From Eledone cirrhosa (taxonomy: Eukaryota): a stretch of DNA of 64,000 nucleotides. Location: contig OZ024740.1 in NCBI GenBank assembly GCA_964016885.1, positions 98,332,001-98,396,000 of the forward strand, in the 5' to 3' direction. A model generated the notes under the pieces. The model was not told the origin of the DNA. It did not search any database and saw only the letters and a program-made list of their open reading frames with translations. This document shows, piece after piece, positions 12,946-26,004 of this stretch (position 1 is the stretch's first letter; the number at the start of each line of letters is the position of its first letter). The position numbers were made by a program, and so were the translations under genes.

Positions 12946-14091
12946 TATATATATATATATATATATATATATCATCATCATCATCATCATTTTACATCCA
13001 CTTTTTCCCTGCTTGCAGGGGTGGCTTGATTTCTACAGCTGGAAGCCTTTCCTAACACCAACCTCATTTACAGTGAGTGCTGGGTGCTTTTTTTGCCGTG
13101 GCGCCTACATGTCCACTTTTCAGTGGAATGATAGTGACTCTGGGTGCCTATACTGGATTTTCAATAGCAACCTTTGCTAGGTGTGTTTATAGCAGATCAA
13201 GCTTTTCTGTGGAACTATCAATAGCCGTTTAAGTCATAAGTCCTTCCATCCAGCTTTCTTCATTCAGAGTGAATAAGCCAAGGAAGTTTGAGCTCGAAGA
13301 GTATCGAACTTATTCAACAAACTTATGTATAAGAAAAGCAAACTTACTGCCTTAGCACTCAAGAAGAAACACAGAACGATTGAGGAAGTCATTGAAATTA
13401 TTGAAGAAATTATAACCGAGTGAACATATTCAGGTACTGTTCAAGCACTCTGTATATCACCATTTGTAAAGGGAGAATGACTGAAGCAATTCAATAAAAC
13501 CATCCTGTTTTCCTCCTATAGTAGACATAACTCAAGAAAACACACCATAATAAGATGGATAAACAATCAGAAGTGTTGGCCCTAAGGAGAGCCTTGTAAC
13601 ATTCAATATTGCAAAGTGTCAATAATGGGGGAGAAGTTACATCTTCTTAATTCGTGTTAATCTTTCCACGATCCAACACCTAGAAATATCGATAAAATAA
13701 ACTCTACTCTCAGAGACGGCATGTTACAATTAGCATGCCGGGAGTACGAATATTCTTCAGAATATGATTTGGGTTTTATTCTTCGGACTTTTATTCTTCT
13801 AACTGATCACCGATTCCCGCAGTTGACCTTAATGTGATCTAAGCATGTGCATGTGTTCAGAATCTATATCAGTGGATGTGATATATATATATCATCATCA
13901 TCATCTTCGTTAATGTCTATCATCTTCCACACTAGCATGGGTTAGACAGGAGTTGTCCCACTTGAGGCAAGGTCGTTCGGGTGACCGTGTCTCACTCATA
14001 TATATATATATATTTATACATACAGAGACATCTAGTCTGCTTTGTTTGAAATTTCTCTATGTATATTTCTATCAACTAGAAATTGATTGAC

Positions 14092-14867
14092 ATATATATA
14101 TCTAAAATAAACACATGAAACAATGACAGGGGATAATTTGTAAAGTGGGTAAGGACACACAGCTAGGTTGGTAACTAATTAAAGTTATAACTAGAACTTC
14201 ATATATAGATACCTTTTAAAATGATTAATCTTCCTTGTATATATTTCATTAAAGAAATATATTTCACCATTAATCCGTAAACTCACAGTAGTCAAATTTC
14301 GGATTTTCAACAAGGGAGAAAATTTAACTATTTGTGTTTACACAGCAAATGCAAATCTGCGAATGATCCGTAGCACGTGTTGCATTTTAAAAAGAATACA
14401 CACTTGTACCAGCGTCATCCCAGTGGCGTGAATAGGATTATCGACAGCTAGAAATAGCAGCCGAGTCCTTTCAACTGAGTTAGCTCTACAATTAAGGGGC
14501 CGTATATATATCCAAAATTAAATTAAAGGAGTCATGTCCGAGACATGGTACGATGTATGTAGTTTTTTTTTTAAATGCAACACGTGCGACGGGACATTCG
14601 CTGATCTGCATTTGATGTGTAAACACAGATAGTTAAATCTTCTCCCTTGCTGAAAATCCGAGATTTGACTACAGCGAGTTTACGGATTAATGGTGAAATA
14701 TATTTCTTTAATGAAATATATACAAGGAAGATTAATAATTTTAAAAGGTATCTATATTTGAAGTTCTAGTTTAAATTTAATTAGTTACCTACCTAGCTGT
14801 GTGTGATTACACACTTTACAAATTATCCCCTGTCATTGTTTTATGTGTTTATTTTAGATATGTATAT
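14092..14867. mobile_element. fold-back/MITE-like element with ~300-bp inverted arms
   Basis: 14092-14400 is the reverse complement of ~14556-14867 (for example CTTCCTTGTATATATTTCATTAAAGAAATATATTTCACCATTAATCCGTAAACTC). The spacer is ~155 bp. Confidence 0.85.
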
Positions 14868-14884
14868 TTCTCATAAGTTGTTAC

Positions 14885-15073
14885 CTCGTTTTCGAGGACT
14901 GAGTTGTGAGAGGAGGAAGGAGAGTAGTGGAAGGGAGGGTTTAACATACAGTAGTAGTATCTCCTCTTCCCCCTCTTTCATTGAAACTTCTTCTCTTTCC
15001 TCCTCCATTGTAAAGATGTCCCCAGTGGTTCCATTATTGATTGTTATTGAAATCCAATTAGCCAGTCCTGTTT
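14885..15073 (-). CDS. candidate host internal exon (189 nt, phase 1-1)
   Basis: Acceptor ttaatatttag|AAAC and donor GAG|gtaaca. One open frame: TGLANWISITINNGTTGDIFTMEEEREEVSMKEGEEEILLLYVKPSLPLLSFLLSQLSPRKR. No family recognised. Confidence 0.4.
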
Positions 15074-15254
15074 CTAAATATTAACTTAACAAGTGTGCAA
15101 ACCTTCATCAGGATCGGATCACTGGTGTAGGCACCAACTGGTTATACAGAGAATAAACAGATACACAGAAATTGCCATTTATAAAGTATATATATATATA
15201 TATAATCATCATCATCATCACAATGTAATGTCCATCTTCCATGCTAGCATGGGT

Positions 15255-15331
<77 letters not shown>

Positions 15332-15905
15332 TGATCATTTTAAATTCATGTAACTAAAACAACACATAAACAACTAGAAAAAGGGCACTAGTACAATTGA
15401 ATGAGTACTTAATAATAGTAATGACTTGTGTCAGCACAACTATAGAGATAAATTAATGAGTTGGAATAAGATTGTATGGAATGGGGAGATGAGATCTATG
15501 ATGTATTAGGATTGCTTCTTTTTCTAAAAGAAAACAATTTTAGGCCAATTACATCATTTTGATGCACAACCTTTTTAGAATATGGTGTACAAAATTCATG
15601 AGGAAAACTTCATGGGTCATCAAATATAAATGTACTTTTAATTGCACTATGTTTAACACAAAACTTATTGTGGACTACCAATAGGTTTCTATGGATCATT
15701 GGTGATTCTTCTACAGCATGCTGTGTGTGACTGCTTTAAAGGATAGCATCATCTGTTAAATAAATCAATAATGACAGTTGAGGTTTTCATATACTTTATT
15801 TCAGATCTGGTATTACAGTTAAATATTTCTGTTCATTTATACATCTAAGGTATTGGTTATATGTCAATCTAAAAACTAGAGATCCCTCTATGTATTTATT
15901 AAATA

Positions 15906-15907
<2 letters not shown>

Positions 15908-15981
<74 letters not shown>

Positions 15982-16050
15982 ACACACACTCACGCACGCA
16001 CACACAAACACACACAGACATATGCATACACAAACATACATACATACATA
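15908..16050. repeat. (CA)n microsatellite
   Basis: Long perfect CA run that degrades into CATA. Confidence 0.95.
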
Positions 16051-17129
16051 CGAATGCCAAAAGCAATATTCAAATTCTGCATAATCATTTCAGTTTTGTT
16101 TGCAAATATTTGTGTGCATATGTGTGTGCATCACATGTGTGTATATATATATATATCTGCATGTGTATAGATTTGTGTAATATACACATAGATACTTACA
16201 CTATTATTTATTAATAAAACATAATGATGTTCAATAAGAGGACAGACTATATTCATAAATGTTCTGTTAATAAAATCTAAGAAATCAAATATTGCATATA
16301 TGTGTATTTGTAATGGAGAGAGAAAAAATAAAATTTCTTTTCTTAAAAATTTGCAAAAATGATATTGCAAATATGATTGAAAGGATTGAGAGTAAAATTT
16401 ATTAAATTTTCAATTTACACCTTTTAATTATACTTGGCATTCTGTTGCCGTTCCATTTTCAATTTGTTTTCCTTTACAATTAAGATTTTCTTCCTATTTT
16501 ATAAAATTTTCGTATTTCTTTGTGTGTATGTGATGATATGTATAGCCTATGTTCAAATGTCAACAAACAAACATAGAAATATAACTGAGAATATTTTTTT
16601 CGTTTAGATTAAAAGTCTCATCAGCACACTTGAGAATGTATGAATACTACTAAAATGTATTTATGATTCAGGACTAGATATTTTCTAAGTTCAAATCTTA
16701 TGACTGATATCATATTGTAGCTGCTAGCCAGCAAACATTATTTGATTAACTGAGACTATTTGCAATTATTAGACAAAATATCTCACAAAAGTTGTTTAAA
16801 ATATAAATGCAAACAAAGGCCATTAATGTGATCGAAACAAGCCCATTTCTTTCAATTGTTGGCAACAAAGCCAAGTTTCTCCTGTAACTCTATCATCTTT
16901 ATTTTCTCAAAACAAAAAACAACAAAAAACAAAAAAAAAATGGTTAATCTGATATTGGATCTTCAACTCTAAATAATTTAAACAATACTGAGGTGATATT
17001 TTTTTACGAAATCTATACTTTGCAATGGGTTGTTGCATACTCCTATAATTATTTCATCATAATATCACTTAACCTTTAACCCTACAAAATACTCAAGTAA
17101 TCCTGGTATAATCACTGCCTCCATCTCTA

Positions 17130-17340
17130 TTACTCTTCCCATCTCTCAATATTATAAGTAACTGCCCCAGCAGGCAGAATAGAAAAGGCATTTCTCTGAA
17201 GGATGATGAGGAATATGTGTTGGAAGAGCCATTTCAACTTGTGAGGTTCACACCTGCAGGTAGCTAAGTCTATGCTGATGGTGGTGAGTAAGGAGGTGCT
17301 CCTATGGCCTAGGACACAAGAGGTTTCCACTGCTAAAAGC
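17130..17340 (-). pseudogene. CRE/NeSL-like RLE LINE C-terminal remnant
   Basis: AVETSCVLG...LATCRCEPHKLKWLFQHIFLIILQRNAFSIL resembles the CRE-type C-terminus AVETxGxxG...EPRxxxFLxQRISxAxQRGNAxSIL. Confidence 0.55.
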
Positions 17341-17899
17341 TAATATGCTGGATTTTTAGGAATATCCCAAGACATTAGAAATGTGTGAACAATGAATACA
17401 AAGTTAAACTAGTGTTATTCACTTTTAACTTTGTTGTTTCATATAAATTATAGTAGAATATGTAAGGTGGAACAATTTCTTTCTACAAAATTTGTAATAC
17501 TTTGCAAACTTTAAAATGATTATCTAAGCAAATTGGTAACATCAAGCATGAATGATTGCGAATCTAATTTGTACTCATAATAATTTTGTAGTTAATGCGA
17601 ACATAAATTAAAGTATTTTTCAGAGTAAATCCTTTCCCCTTTGTTCTTATACCAATAACACTAATACTGAAGAAGTTGACAAAGCTTTGAGTACTAAGTC
17701 AGCAATTAAAAGGATAAATAATCTTGATGAAATTGTGAAGTACATGAAATACAGAAAGGGTAATCCACACAGAGAATGTCTGCAAAATGGCTAGCTCAAA
17801 AATAATATGAAAGAAGACAGAACAGGTTTTGTTCAAAGTGCAAATATTATGGATATCAGGTGTCTGATAAGTAGTACCACCATATCCCAGAAAGTATCC

Positions 17900-18342
17900 T
17901 TGATATAGACAAACCCAAGATACTCTTGAGTATCATTATCCAAATTGACTGCAAGACATGAATACATTAAACATGATATTGTATTTAGGCTCAAGAATAG
18001 GAGTGAATGCCAGATTATTGATATTATCATCCTAGGAGTTCACAATATAACATGAAACAAAATTAGAAAAATATCAAAATGTACTGACAAAATTTCATTA
18101 ATGTGGCCAATACCGACTAACAACATCAAAATAATTTCAAGTGTCATCAGAGCATTGCAATCAATACCTCTATAACTGAAAAGTTATCTTAAACAAATAG
18201 AGCTTGAATTACAATTTGTACTCTTACAAAAAATGTCTAGCTGGATGTTGCACAGTCAGGAAAGTCTTCTCTGTCTAAGGCCCTTGTCAAGACTCAACAG
18301 AGAAAAGATCCAGTAATTATCATAGTTAGTGTGCAAAGCATC
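17900..18342 (+). pseudogene. old decayed R4/Dong-like RLE 3' end
   Basis: CQIIDIIILGVHNI...EKYQ...LMWP...IKIISSVIRALQSIP matches the C-terminal layout of 26005-28392. It ends directly in (AAT)n at 18343-18398. Confidence 0.6.
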
Positions 18343-18399
<57 letters not shown>

Positions 18400-18400
<1 letters not shown>

Positions 18401-18900
18401 TTTTCTTTATTAACCACAAGCGTTTACATAAAGTAGACATTAAGGACAGTACAGGACAATACAGGACGGTACAAATGGGCATTTCTGCGTGTAAAAAAAC
18501 AGAGGATGAAATAAAATAACAAAGAAAAATTCCCCAATAGGGGGGAGACTTCCGAGGGACATTTGTGGAGAAAGCCCATTAAAAGACCTCAGTGGCCCTG
18601 ACCACCAGGGCAAGTGCCCTCTCCCAGTTTTCCACCTTTAATTTACAGACACATACTCAGAGAAGGCCCATTCATTCGAGCCATACTTGCTTCTCTCACC
18701 CATCTTTCAACAAAATGCTGGGAAGAGAGCACTTCCCTCTCTTCCCTGATTTTCCTTTTCAAATGAAATTTGAAAAAGTTAATCAGGGCATCACCGAAGA
18801 GGTAAGTGCTCGTCTTCAACCCTTTCAAACGTGTCCACCATACTATCTCTTTCGCCATGGCCACCAGACAGATAAAAACTGCCTGCCCTTCCCGGCTAAA
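18400..18900 (-). mobile_element. Tx1/L1-type LINE 3' fragment (copy A)
   Basis: AVFICLVAMAKEIVWWTRLKGLK and the 3' UTR are homologous to 18903-19409. The 3' end abuts (ATT)n. Confidence 0.85.
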
Positions 18901-19129
18901 TGGTTTCTTTATTGGCCACAAGGGCTAACATGAAGAAAAACATTACAGACGGCACAGAAAGGTACAGGACGATACAAAGTGAGTTTTGACCGTGTAAAAA
19001 AGGTTATAACAAGAAGATAGAAATATCAAAAAATTCAAAGATAAAAAAATTCCCCAATAGGGGGGAAAACTTCCGAGGGTCACTCATGGCGGAAACCTCA
19101 CAAAAGACCACGGCCACCCTGACCACCAG

Positions 19130-22100
19130 GGCAAGCGCCCTCTCTCAGTTTTCCACCCGTTCTCTCGGACCAGATTCGCCACTTTCACCCACCTTTCAAC
19201 TTATTTGAAGACAGCATTTGTCTCTCCATCCTCATTTTCCTCTTCAAGTGTAATTTGAAAAAGTTAATCAGTGATTCGCCGATGAGGAAAGTGTGCATCT
19301 TCAATCCTTTCAACCTTGTCCACCATACAATCTCTTTCGCCATGGCCACCAAGCAGATGAAAACTGCCTGTCCTTCCAAGAGGACAGCGGGGCTATCTGC
19401 ACAATGCACTCAGTTGATAACCGGATCCGTCCTACACGTGACAGCAAATGTTCAACATAACTCCACAAGTCAGAAATGCTCGGACACTAAACGAGTGCAT
19501 GCACAACGGTTGCGTCACTCTGTGCGCATCTCGGACAGGTTTGGCTGATGGCACTTCCATGCCTGTAGAGCTTATCTCGAACCGGCAACACTCCCCGGTA
19601 GCACTGCCAGGCCAGGGATTTCTGGAAGTTGTCCATAGGCCCCGGGCTGAAAGTTCTCTTGAAGAGAGCGAACAGCTGATAGTCTTTGATGCCCAGGGTC
19701 TCCCCGAGAACTTTGTCACTCTTCCCCTCCACTAGTCCTCTATAGAACGCCGAGGTGGATGTCCACCGATATTAGTGCCCAGCTGGTAGTAGGTTGTGAG
19801 CGCTTGGAGACATTCCAGCTTCCAAGCACTATCGCTCGGTCTTTTCCTGATACAGGACTGCAGCTCCGTTAATGAGACGAGCTTGGGAGAACATGTCTGG
19901 CAAACGGTGACCACACCTGTTCACCGTCAAGGAAGCACCAGAGATGTCACAGCCTCAGCGTGTGTCTGCATATCATCAGCCACGGCATGCACAGCCCGCC
20001 GCGCAACGGGTGTTGACAGCAGATAGATCGTCTGACCATGAGAGCATGTCCCTTCCATAAAAAGCAGAAGAGGAGGCGCTCCATTTTTGTTAGAGTTGGG
20101 CGAGAGCAAGGCACAACAGTTAAGCGGTAGCAGATGACGGATGCGAGGAACACATTCGCCACCTCTGCCCGACCTTTCAGGGACAGCTTCCTCTCGGCCT
20201 ATTTCTGGGTGAGCGAGGCCACTCTCTTCGTCACCTCGCTCCAGTTTTTCTCCATCTGGAAGTCCGGACCGAACCAGATCCCGAGCAATTTACCCGGTCC
20301 TGCCGTCCTGCATCCCACAAAGCTGTCGGGCGGCATGGACTTGCCTCTCCAGGTGCCGAGCTGCAAACCACAGACTTTTCCTGGTTTAACTTTGCTCCTG
20401 TCACTGCTTCATATTCCTTGAGAGTGCTGCCGAGCATCTGGACATGTCCGGTGTTTGACACCACCACGGTGACATCGTTGGCGTAAGCTGATACGGATCC
20501 CACACATCCCAGTTCGCGTGGGACGTCTCTCATCGCCCCCAATTTGTGCATAAGGGCTCTAGGGCCAATACTTACATGAGTGACGAGAGGGGACAACCCT
20601 GACGGACCGAGAACATGATGCTGAATGGCTGTGACAGATGACCGTTCACCTTCACAACTGAGCAGATGTTGCTGTGCATCGCAGCGATCCAAGCCCTGAA
20701 AATTGGCCCGAAACCAGCCGCCTCGAAGACCGCCACCAAGTACCGATGGTCGACCCTATCAAATGCCTTAGATTGATCTAAGTTGATCAGGGCCCCACCC
20801 GTGCCAGGTTCCTTAACCACCCTCTCTATGATGTATCGCATGATGTGGAGGTTGTCGTGGATAGATCTGTCTGGAATGGCGCATATCTACGCCTCTCCTA
20901 CCAGATTACCAACGACAAGCGCCAATCTCATTGCTAACACCTTGGCCAAAATCTTGAAGTCTGTGTTTAACAACGTTATGGGCCTGAAGTTGTCTATAAC
21001 GTCCCCTTTGTTCGGGTCTTTTCCTAACAGCGCCACCGCTCCCCAGCTCACAAATCTGGGAATGCTCCTGTTCTGCTGCCAGTTGCAGTAGACGTCTGCC
21101 AATAGGTCGCCGAACAAGTCTGGCATGTACGCATAAAGCTCGTAGGACAGACCATCCAAACCTGGCGATTTACTCCTCGTGCAGTCAGACATCGCTTCCT
21201 GTATTTCACCAGCTGTTATCGGCTTTTCGCAATACTGCACTGCGGTCGTCGAGAGGTGCGGCAGTCCCTCAAGGTATGCACTGAAGTTCTTACTCCGATC
21301 TGGCCCACCGCCGTTCCCAAACAGTTGAGCAAAGTGCTGCTGAAAAGCCTCACACATCTGCTCGGGTTCGAGTAACATGTGCCAGTTTTGGTCAGGCAAG
21401 GATTGAATTGTGGCTTTGTTGCCACGTCGCGCCTCCACCACCTGGCTCCATTGGACAGCTTTTGTCCCCTCTTATCTCAGAGCACGCACTCTAGCTTTGA
21501 CAATGCAGCCTTCGTGCTTTGCATTTAAGAATTGGTCGAGTGCCAATCTTGCTGCAAGGACGTCGATTGTGATCCCTGTCCTAAATGCCTCTTCTAGCTT
21601 TCTAACTAGCTCTCCTTCTACTCTATTTTCCTCTATCTTTACTCCTTTGCTAAACCTTATTTATTCTACTCTAATTGACCTTTTCAGGGTAAACCACCAC
21701 CTGTTGTTGACGATCGCACCCGTCAACGCACGCTCAACTAATTCGCTTCTCCGGTCTCTGTAAGCTTTGTGCGCCTGGAAAGACGCGTTCAGCTTCCAGT
21801 AACCAGGTCCTTGCCTATGAAGTCTATCTAAGTCGACTTCCCAGATCACAAATTTGTGGTCTGAGTAGACGACTTCTTTAAATTGTGGACAACTTACGCT
21901 AGCCTTATCTGTTTCCCTACACAATACCCTATCTAGATACGATCTGGATGACCCGTTGCGGTTTGCCCATTTCCACATTGGCACATTCGGATAATCCAGT
22001 CGATACCTGTCAGACAGTTCAAACCGTCTGAGCAGGTTGGTTGAGGCGTTTACATCCTCCTCCCCTATTTACTAGACCCACATAATCCCAGCGTGCATCT

Positions 22101-22530
22101 AAGATACCGTTCCAGTCACCCACTAACACTAAAGAACGGGACGTTCCAAGAAAGGTTTCTAGACGTCTGAAGAAATCTGGCCGTCCTGCCGCTGTTGCGG
22201 CGTAGATGGCTAGTAGCCTGAAAGTATTGCCTTCACTGCCGGTCACGTCCAGCACCACCGACTTACCTTCTGGTTCCAGGAAGATGGCTCGTATGGCGAG
22301 ATCCAAGCCTCTCCGAAAAAGCACAGTAACTCCGCGCCTCGCTCCCGGACGGCTGGGAGATGTGTATACATCGTAGCTGCCGAATATCGGTGCGAAGGCT
22401 CGTGCTTCGGAGATTCTTGTCTCGCTGATGGCCACCATATCTATGTTTAGTGACCTGAGATCGTTAGACCCTGCTTCCAAGATGACCCCAGGCCATGTAT
22501 ATTTATACTGCCTATTTTAAGTAAGGCCAT
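19130..22530 (-). pseudogene. Tx1-like ORF2 (APE endonuclease, RT, C-terminal Zn finger)
   Basis: Starts MALLKIGSIN. APE motifs AISETR, VGDWN, SYLDRV, YSDH and GPGYWKLN. RT motifs KSPGLDGL, NFRPITLLNTDFKILAK, LDQSKAFDRVDH, VRQGCPLS and SAYAND. Zn finger CPRCAQSDATVVHAL. Several frameshifts. Confidence 0.9.
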
Positions 22531-22567
22531 GTTCGGTGAGGAAATGGAGTAAGTGAAAAAGGATCAC

Positions 22568-24500
22568 CTACCCTCATCGTGTGGGGACGGGACAGTTGAA
22601 CCGTCCCTTTGGCTGGACATGGGTGTATCCAAGATGATGTCGGTGTATATCCTCTTGGTAACCGACCCTCTGAAGTCTCCAACTGAGTTGGGGAATTTTT
22701 CTTTTAAATGTTTGTAATGTTCTATTTTAATTTCAATAAACGGGAGAGTTCTTGGTGTTGCTGGGGTGTAGTCATTTTTGTCCGTAATGTCTGTGTGCTG
22801 CTTTATATATTCTAAGAGTTCTTTATTTGCCAGGTTTATGGCTGTGTAATGTTTTTGGGGTGGTTTGGTTTTGTTGCTGTCTTCTTGTTGCTGCTGTTGA
22901 GTATGTTAGTCTTGTTGTGTTTGCGATGTTGATGTTTGTGGTGATGCTGGTGGTGGTGGTGTGGTGGTTGTTGATGGTGATGGTGGTGGTTGTTGGTGGT
23001 GATGGTGGTGGCGTTGCTGCGAGTCGTCTTGCAGCATTTACCCCTCTTTGTTTTCCTTCGCTTTTGGAGAGTGAAGCTAAGGGTTTTTTTTGTTTTTTGT
23101 TTTTTTGTGGCAGACCGTTTGTCACTTCACTCCTGCCTCAGACTCCATGTCGGATTCCGTGGCGTCTGGGAGGGGTATATGCTCCACGGCTGTTGGTGGT
23201 GGTAGTGGAGCCCTCGCCAGCGATTTTGTTGCTGGTGCAGCTACTGTAAATGTAGCTACTGGTGTTGCCACCACTGATGCTGCTGCTTTAGTTGTCCGTG
23301 GCCTTGGTACAGGTGCCACGGACGTTGCCCTCCGACTCACCGTGGAAGGGTCTTCTGCGTTTGTTGCCTGCCGTGCTCTTGTTAGCAGCGGACCAGGCAT
23401 TAGAAGGAGGAGGGGTCTCCTTCGCTGTCTTCTGCGGGAAAAAAGCCCTGAGGTGACCGTTTGACCCACAGAGATAACATTTTGGCCATCTTCCTTCCAT
23501 GCTTATAGGCAGTTGGAGTCCTTCCTCGAGGTCTATGATATAGGGGATAGCGTCGATACACTCCTGGTCAGTTTGTATAAGCATTTGCATGCCTATACCT
23601 GAGCAGTTCTCTCTCCCTATTTTCTCTACTTGCAGCATGGTCGTCCTGTTCTCGATTCCAGCAAGGACAGATGCGGCCAGCCAATGTATGGGCATGTCGG
23701 GTGGGACCTGGGTCACTTTGAACCTCACAATTTTCTGCCCGCAGTAGGAGGGCACCAATACTATCTCCTCACTCTTTAGGTTTTCCAAAGAGTGAGACTT
23801 CGCGTCTTGAGGGGTAGCAAAAAGTACCTCCACTGTGGAATATTCTCTACCTCGGGTGATGTGAGTTTTGCGCGCCCAGATGCACCCCAAGGCCTTTTGG
23901 ATTTGAGCCTCCGTGACTCTCTCCACCATGTGACATTTTGCTTACGGTGTGGTAAGTCACCGTCCATAGCTTCTGGTCCTTGAAAAAATTGGATGGAGGT
24001 TTCAGGGAAACTCTGTTGGAGTTTCTTGTCACCGTGGCCCTTGCGACTGCCATCTCCTCTCCTGTGACTAACACTGTTTCGATATTTCGGGCGACACCTG
24101 CAAAAGAAGTGGTCCCTTTTTCAGCGGCACCACTATTGCTGCCGCTACTGGTCTTACTGGTGGTGCTGAGATCGCTGTTAATGGTATTGATGTCATTGTT
24201 GATGTTTTCGTTGGTACTGTTGTTGCTGTTATTGTTGTTATTGTTGTCATTGTTGTTGTTTTCGTTGATACTGTTGCTGTTGTTACTGTTATTGTGGCTG
24301 TTGTTATTATTGTTGTTATTGTTGATACTGTCCCTACTATTATTGTTGTTGTGGCTGTTGTTATTGTCATTGTTCTTGTCGTTCTCGACTTTGCCTCTAT
24401 TATTTCTGTTGTTGATGTTGTTATTGATGGTGTTGTTGCTGTTGTGATTGATGGTGTTGTTGTTGGTGTTATTATTGGTGTTGTTTGTGTTAGAAATATT
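22568..24500 (-). pseudogene. Tx1-like ORF1 (low-complexity Thr/Asn N-terminus, zinc knuckle)
   Basis: The 23288-23929 segment contains EGRWPKCYLCGSNGHLRAF, a degenerate CCHC knuckle. It lies upstream of ORF2. Confidence 0.7.
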
Positions 24501-24572
24501 TGGTAATTTTAAATCTGTAACAATATCATTAAAAATGATATTGTTCCTCTTTTCCTTCGTAATATTTTAAGC

Positions 24573-24737
24573 ATTAGACTTAGACTTAAACCCCAACCCA
24601 AGTCTCAGAATTAGACTTAAACCCTAACGCCAAGCATTAGACTTAGACTTAAACCCCAAAACCAAGCCTTAGACTTAAACCCTAAACCCAAGACTTAGAC
24701 TTAAACCCCTACCACAAGCCTTAGACTTAGACTTAAA
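24573..24737. repeat. ~28-34 bp tandem minisatellite of TTAGAC units and AAACCC(C/T)AA in the Tx1 5' region
   Basis: About five units of TTAGACTTAGACTTAAACCCYAA.C.AAGC. Confidence 0.85.
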
Positions 24738-25099
24738 CATAGACACACACACACACACATACGGCCCATCTTCGCTAGAACGCTGTCGTCTTGAGATGTT
24801 GACAAAGTCTGCCTCTCTCTGTGTTGTCTGACAGCGCTCTCTCTCTTTCTTGTGTTATCCATGTTGAAAGAACTTTTTTTTTTTTTCAAATAATATTATT
24901 ACATAATACGAAACCCCGTAAAGGGGTGCCATATTATTTACGAGAGAACTCCTGTATTAGGTGGGTCATTTCTTCTAAACTTTTATCAAGTTTATCACTT
25001 GAATAAAAGGTTAAGAGCGGTTGAAAACGTGGTAAACTGTTGAAAAGAACTGGAGCCGATAAGAAGCGTGGCTTCACCTTCAATAATAATAATAATAAT

Positions 25100-25283
25100 T
25101 GTTTCTACTTTAGGCACAAGGCCAGCAATTAACCAGTACATTACTGGTACTTTAGTTTATCGACCCCGTAAGGATGAAAGGCAAAGTTAACCTTGGCGGG
25201 ATTTAAACTCAGACCGTAAAGGGACGTAACTATGCTAGAAAGCATGACGTCCAACCTTCTACCGATACTGCCAATTCACCGCC
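25100..25283 (-). mobile_element. SINE family A inside (AAT)n
   Basis: Full-length copy with (AAT)n on both sides. Confidence 0.9.
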
Positions 25284-25300
25284 ATAATAATAATAATAAT

Positions 25301-25548
25301 GATTTCTTTATTGGCCACAAGAGCTGACATCAAGAAAAACATTACAGACGGCACAGGACGGTACAGGACGGTACGATGTGGGTTTTGTGCTTGTAAAGAT
25401 TTTTATTATTTATATAAGAAAAGAAAAAAAGACATAGAAACATATAAATATATAAACAATAAAAATGAAAATTGAAACAATGAAAAATCCCCAATAGGGG
25501 AGAAACCTCCGAGGGTTACTTGTGGCGAAAACCACACAAAAGACCACG
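25301..25548 (-). mobile_element. Tx1/L1-type LINE 3' UTR fragment (copy C)
   Basis: TTTCTTTATTGGCCACAAG...CCCCAATAGGGG...TCCGAGGG matches 18903-19110. Flanked by AAT repeats. Confidence 0.85.
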
Positions 25549-25934
25549 AATAATAATGCCTGATTGTAGATGTAGCCTGCCCATTTGACACGAGAGTGCT
25601 AGAAAAGGAGATGGAGAAAATTAACCAATACCAGGACTTAAAGTGGTAGTTAAAAAGGATTTGGAACTGCCATGAGATCAAGGTCGTTCCGATTGTCATA
25701 GGAGCACTAGGTACTATATCAACGAGTTTTCAAGGGTGGTTAAAGAAGATTAGTCCAGCCCCGTTTTTTGGAACACTACAAAAGGCATGCTTGCTGGGAA
25801 CAGCAATAATCCTCCGATATTTCCTAAATATCTGAGGCTCCAGGTAGCAGCTTGATATTCATTCCAACAAACTCTCCAGTTAAATAACATCAATGACTGA
25901 GTCTCAAAGAACAATAAAAATAATAATAACAATG

Positions 25935-25971
<37 letters not shown>

Positions 25972-26004
25972 GAGAACAGAGTCAGTCAGTATAAACAGAA
26001 CCGC

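Larger units (their letters stand above)
18903..24850 (-). mobile_element. near-full-length Tx1/L1-clade LINE (ORF1 + APE-RT ORF2), frameshifted
   Basis: Two-ORF layout (see the ORF1 and ORF2 entries) with a repeat-containing 5' region. The 5' boundary is approximate. Confidence 0.85.

Noticed and set aside
13180-13800. Possible decayed RT (QGSPLGPTLL-like) on the minus strand
   Set aside because: A single frameshifted motif, too weak to assign.
16590-16630. CTGATGAG...CGAAA on the minus strand (and other isolated CTGATGA hits at ~35398, 35817, 38710 and 46251)
   Set aside because: No convincing stem I, II or III pairing, so not called as hammerheads.
23980-24506. Poly-Leu/Val 'membrane protein' ORFs on the plus strand
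   Set aside because: Antisense of the (ACA/AAC)-rich low-complexity Tx1 ORF1 region.
24573-24737. CRISPR-like or true telomeric array
   Set aside because: No unique spacers, no cas genes, and a eukaryotic context. TTAGGG-like units are isolated rather than tandem.
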